Made by a program: the position numbers and the translations under genes | Assembly: GCA_913059205.1 (NCBI GenBank) | Contig: CAJXRM010000001.1 | Location: 22,636-86,635, forward strand | Reading direction: 5' to 3' | Length of the DNA: 64,000 nucleotides | Source of the DNA: an uncultured Flavobacteriales bacterium | Lineage (GTDB): Bacteria > Bacteroidota > Bacteroidia > Flavobacteriales_D > Crocinitomicaceae | In this document: piece by piece, positions 61,897 to 64,000 of the stretch | Numbering within the stretch: the stretch's first letter is position 1 | Layout: each line of letters opens with the position of its first letter | Notes under the pieces: generated by a model | Database searches by the model: none | Seen by the model: the letters and a program-made list of their open reading frames with translations, nothing else | Told to the model about the DNA's origin: nothing

Positions 61897-64000
61897 TTAC
61901 GTATATACAATGTTCCAACCTCTAACTTTAAGAACATTCTGCAAGGTTACAAGTTCTTTCGCGGATGTAAGTTGATTTTGAATTGATTTAAAAGTTAAAG
62001 TGTTTTTTGACTTTTCAGGAATTAATTGGTGAGGAAATACTTGATTTTCATTTTCAGAATACGATTCAGAAAAATGTACCCATTGACGCAAAAGATTAAT
62101 GGATTCATTATCACTTAATTTGAAATCAGATGATTTAATAGAGCAATAAAAAGAAATTGTTTCTTTTGCTCGTGTTACTAATACATTCAGGCGCTTACGG
62201 CCGTTTACCGTATTCATCGGACCGAATCTGTTATGCAATTCATCGTCTTCATTTTTACTGTAACCAAAACTAATCAATAGGTGATCGCATTCATCGCCTT
62301 GAACATTTTCGAGTGCCTTGAAGAAAGCCGTGTTATTATCTTGTCTAGTAGAAAGCTTTTCTTGAGTTTTGACAGATAAATTACGCCAAATGCAGTTCAA
62401 TTGTTCCTCTGAAAAAGCGACGATGCCGATCGAGTTTTTATGAGTCAACCGAGCTTCAATTTCCTTGGCAATTTCTTTTGCTTCAACTTCGTTTTGTCGG
62501 TTGATAAAAACTCCTGTTTCGCAATAATTATGTTGGATTGGTTTTTCGGATTTATACGATGGGTAAGCTTTTAACTTGTTATTGTATATGTGCTTGTTCG
62601 AAAATGAAATTAAGTCTGGATGATTACTACGGTAATGGTGTGACAAGGGAACTTTTTGCAAATGATAACTCGCTTGATGCAACAAATCCATGGGTTCACT
62701 TGTCCCTCTTTTAAAATAAGAGCTTGGACCCATTTGGTGTTCATCACCAGCAATAATAATTCGTTTACTTCTTTGTACCGCGCCTAGTGCATTTTGTAAC
62801 GGTATTTGACTTGCTTCATCAAAAATCGCAACATCGAACAAGCCTTCTTCCATAGGAAAGCATTTTGCCAACTGAGCCGGATTACTTAACCAAATAGGCT
62901 TTAACAATTGAATCCAAATACGAGCTTCTGAATTATAAATTTCGCGTAAGGACGGGTGACTTCTAGTTTTGGAAAATTCTTTTACTAATATCGACTTTCC
63001 TTTTCTCAATGTTGCCTTTAACTCTTTTTGCTGATCGCTTAATTTTCGGGAAGATGTATTTAGTAACTCGTGATATTTTTGAAAATTTGAATTGATTTGC
63101 TCTTCAATAGTTTTAGAAAAAAGAAGTGCTTCATTAATCTGAAGTGTTATGATTTCGTCAATTTTGTCAGTCAAATTATGCATTGAAAATTGCGCCAAAT
63201 TTGGAAAACGATTTTTAAATTGAGTTAAATGTGAGGAGTAAACTTCTTGTTCAAACGACTTAAAATCGGTGTTGTTTTTAAAACCATTTAGCGCATTTTG
63301 GGATAACAATGCAAAATGTTTATGGTTTGAAATCAATTTTCCAAAAACGGATCTAAGTGCTTTTAGGTACTTTAAGACATCATCGGTTTCATTTAAATTA
63401 AAGTATGTTTGCAGGTCGCGTTGAAGACGTTCTAGAAGGTGATGCGAAGAAGTAATTTTAGTTCTTTTTTCAATAGGAATTTTTGAAAGTGTATCCCATT
63501 CCGTCTCCGAAATTGCGTTGATGGTAGTGTAAATTTGTTCAACATTAATTTCTGGACTTTCGACACCTAATTCGCAAAATTCAACAGTTAAATGCGATAT
63601 AGTTTTTAACGTTTGTAGATTTTTTAGATGCACTTCAAGTTCCTTTTGAGCGATTTCAAATGGTAAATGCGTGATTTCTTTCCAGCGTTTCTTCGTTTTA
63701 AAGCGTTTTGTAAAGGTCGATTTCTGTATCGATTGAAGCAAGGAAATAGTTTCTACTTCAGAAGGAATAATTTTCCAATGCGAGTTTTCACTTTCAATTT
63801 GTTTTCGTTCAATTAATAATCGATTGAATTTTTTTCTTAATGTTATAAATTTCTTTTGTGCTTTTGAATTAGGAGTAAAAAGTGCACTGTATTTTTTATA
63901 ATACTCGTTTTCAAAAATTTGACATTGTATAGCCTCTTTTGTCAATTGTTGAAGGTCAATCCATTCGTTAAATTCAAAAATTTGCTGAAGTGTGTTTAAG
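61897..64000 (-). CDS. superfamily 1 (Upf1/DNA2-like, AAA_11/AAA_12) helicase, N-terminus outside the window
   Basis: The frame stays open from 63945 to the window edge (…LNTLQQIFEFNEWIDLQQ). Motif II is VAIFDEASQ, followed by GDEHQMGP, SHHYRSNHP, VQGDECD and LNVLVTRAK. About 330 aa of helical region precede motif II. Confidence 0.7.
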   Translation of the reverse strand, partial: LNTLQQIFEFNEWIDLQQLTKEAIQCQIFENEYYKKYSALFTPNSKAQKKFITLRKKFNRLLIERKQIESENSHWKIIPSEVETISLLQSIQKSTFTKRFKTKKRWKEITHLPFEIAQKELEVHLKNLQTLKTISHLTVEFCELGVESPEINVEQIYTTINAISETEWDTLSKIPIEKRTKITSSHHLLERLQRDLQTYFNLNETDDVLKYLKALRSVFGKLISNHKHFALLSQNALNGFKNNTDFKSFEQEVYSSHLTQFKNRFPNLAQFSMHNLTDKIDEIITLQINEALLFSKTIEEQINSNFQKYHELLNTSSRKLSDQQKELKATLRKGKSILVKEFSKTRSHPSLREIYNSEARIWIQLLKPIWLSNPAQLAKCFPMEEGLFDVAIFDEASQIPLQNALGAVQRSKRIIIAGDEHQMGPSSYFKRGTSEPMDLLHQASYHLQKVPLSHHYRSNHPDLISFSNKHIYNNKLKAYPSYKSEKPIQHNYCETGVFINRQNEVEAKEIAKEIEARLTHKNSIGIVAFSEEQLNCIWRNLSVKTQEKLSTRQDNNTAFFKALENVQGDECDHLLISFGYSKNEDDELHNRFGPMNTVNGRKRLNVLVTRAKETISFYCSIKSSDFKLSDNESINLLRQWVHFSESYSENENQVFPHQLIPEKSKNTLTFKSIQNQLTSAKELVTLQNVLKVRGWNIVYT

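Noticed and set aside
1-64000. Search for CRISPR arrays, IS elements/transposases, integrases, prophage or recognisable defence systems (restriction-modification, toxin-antitoxin, Cas, abortive infection)
   Set aside because: By eye I found no spaced direct-repeat arrays. No ORF carries transposase (DDE), tyrosine or serine recombinase, Cas, methyltransferase or phage structural motifs. The only candidate is the truncated helicase at the right edge, and it cannot be judged without its neighbours.

Overview
This is a low-GC, tightly packed chromosomal segment with about 60 protein genes and one tRNA. I saw no rRNA, CRISPR array, IS element, integrase or prophage genes. All calls come from reading the sequence and ORF translations and recognising motifs; no similarity search was run.

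The organism looks like Bacteroidota, probably Flavobacteriia. This is an inference from several T9SS C-terminal sorting domains (YPNP / FPNP ... VYFLKL-type tails), SprB repeats, a PorZ-like propeller protein, TAnnTTTG -7 promoter boxes and frequent stop/start overlaps.

The backbone is housekeeping: trpS, aspS, cysS, polA, pgk, gatC, xseAB, recO, plsC, an ABC-F ATPase and an acyl-CoA carboxyltransferase. Secreted hydrolases and several less ordinary modules are interleaved with it.

Most worth a second look:
1. **Micro-ORF plus sigma factor (29435-30155).** An ECF sigma factor with a Cys-rich C-terminus and no anti-sigma gene is followed by an unannotated 27-codon ORF with 9 cysteines. Both genes are preceded by the same TGCGTC-N15-CGTCT motif.
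2. **Biosynthetic operon (46534-50870).** Four translationally coupled genes encode a diiron oxygenase, a KAS III-type thiolase, an ANL adenylating enzyme and an extended SDR. The last three match OleA/OleC/OleD (beta-lactone/olefin) logic, but there is no OleB.
3. **MoxR module (36127-43046).** Five coupled genes encode SpoIIM-like, DUF4129-like, DUF4350-like, MoxR AAA+ and DUF58 proteins. The function of this arrangement is unknown.
4. **Secreted esterase (6117-7511).** A T9SS-secreted cutinase/PET-hydrolase-like esterase lies behind a TetR gene, with an operator-like palindrome overlapping the promoter.

Minor items are a 7TMR-DISM::LuxR regulator next to an orphan secreted protein, a tRNA-Arg with a non-canonical elbow, triple 9-mer repeats upstream of polA, an MBOAT/AlgJ-like pair and a truncated large SF1 helicase.
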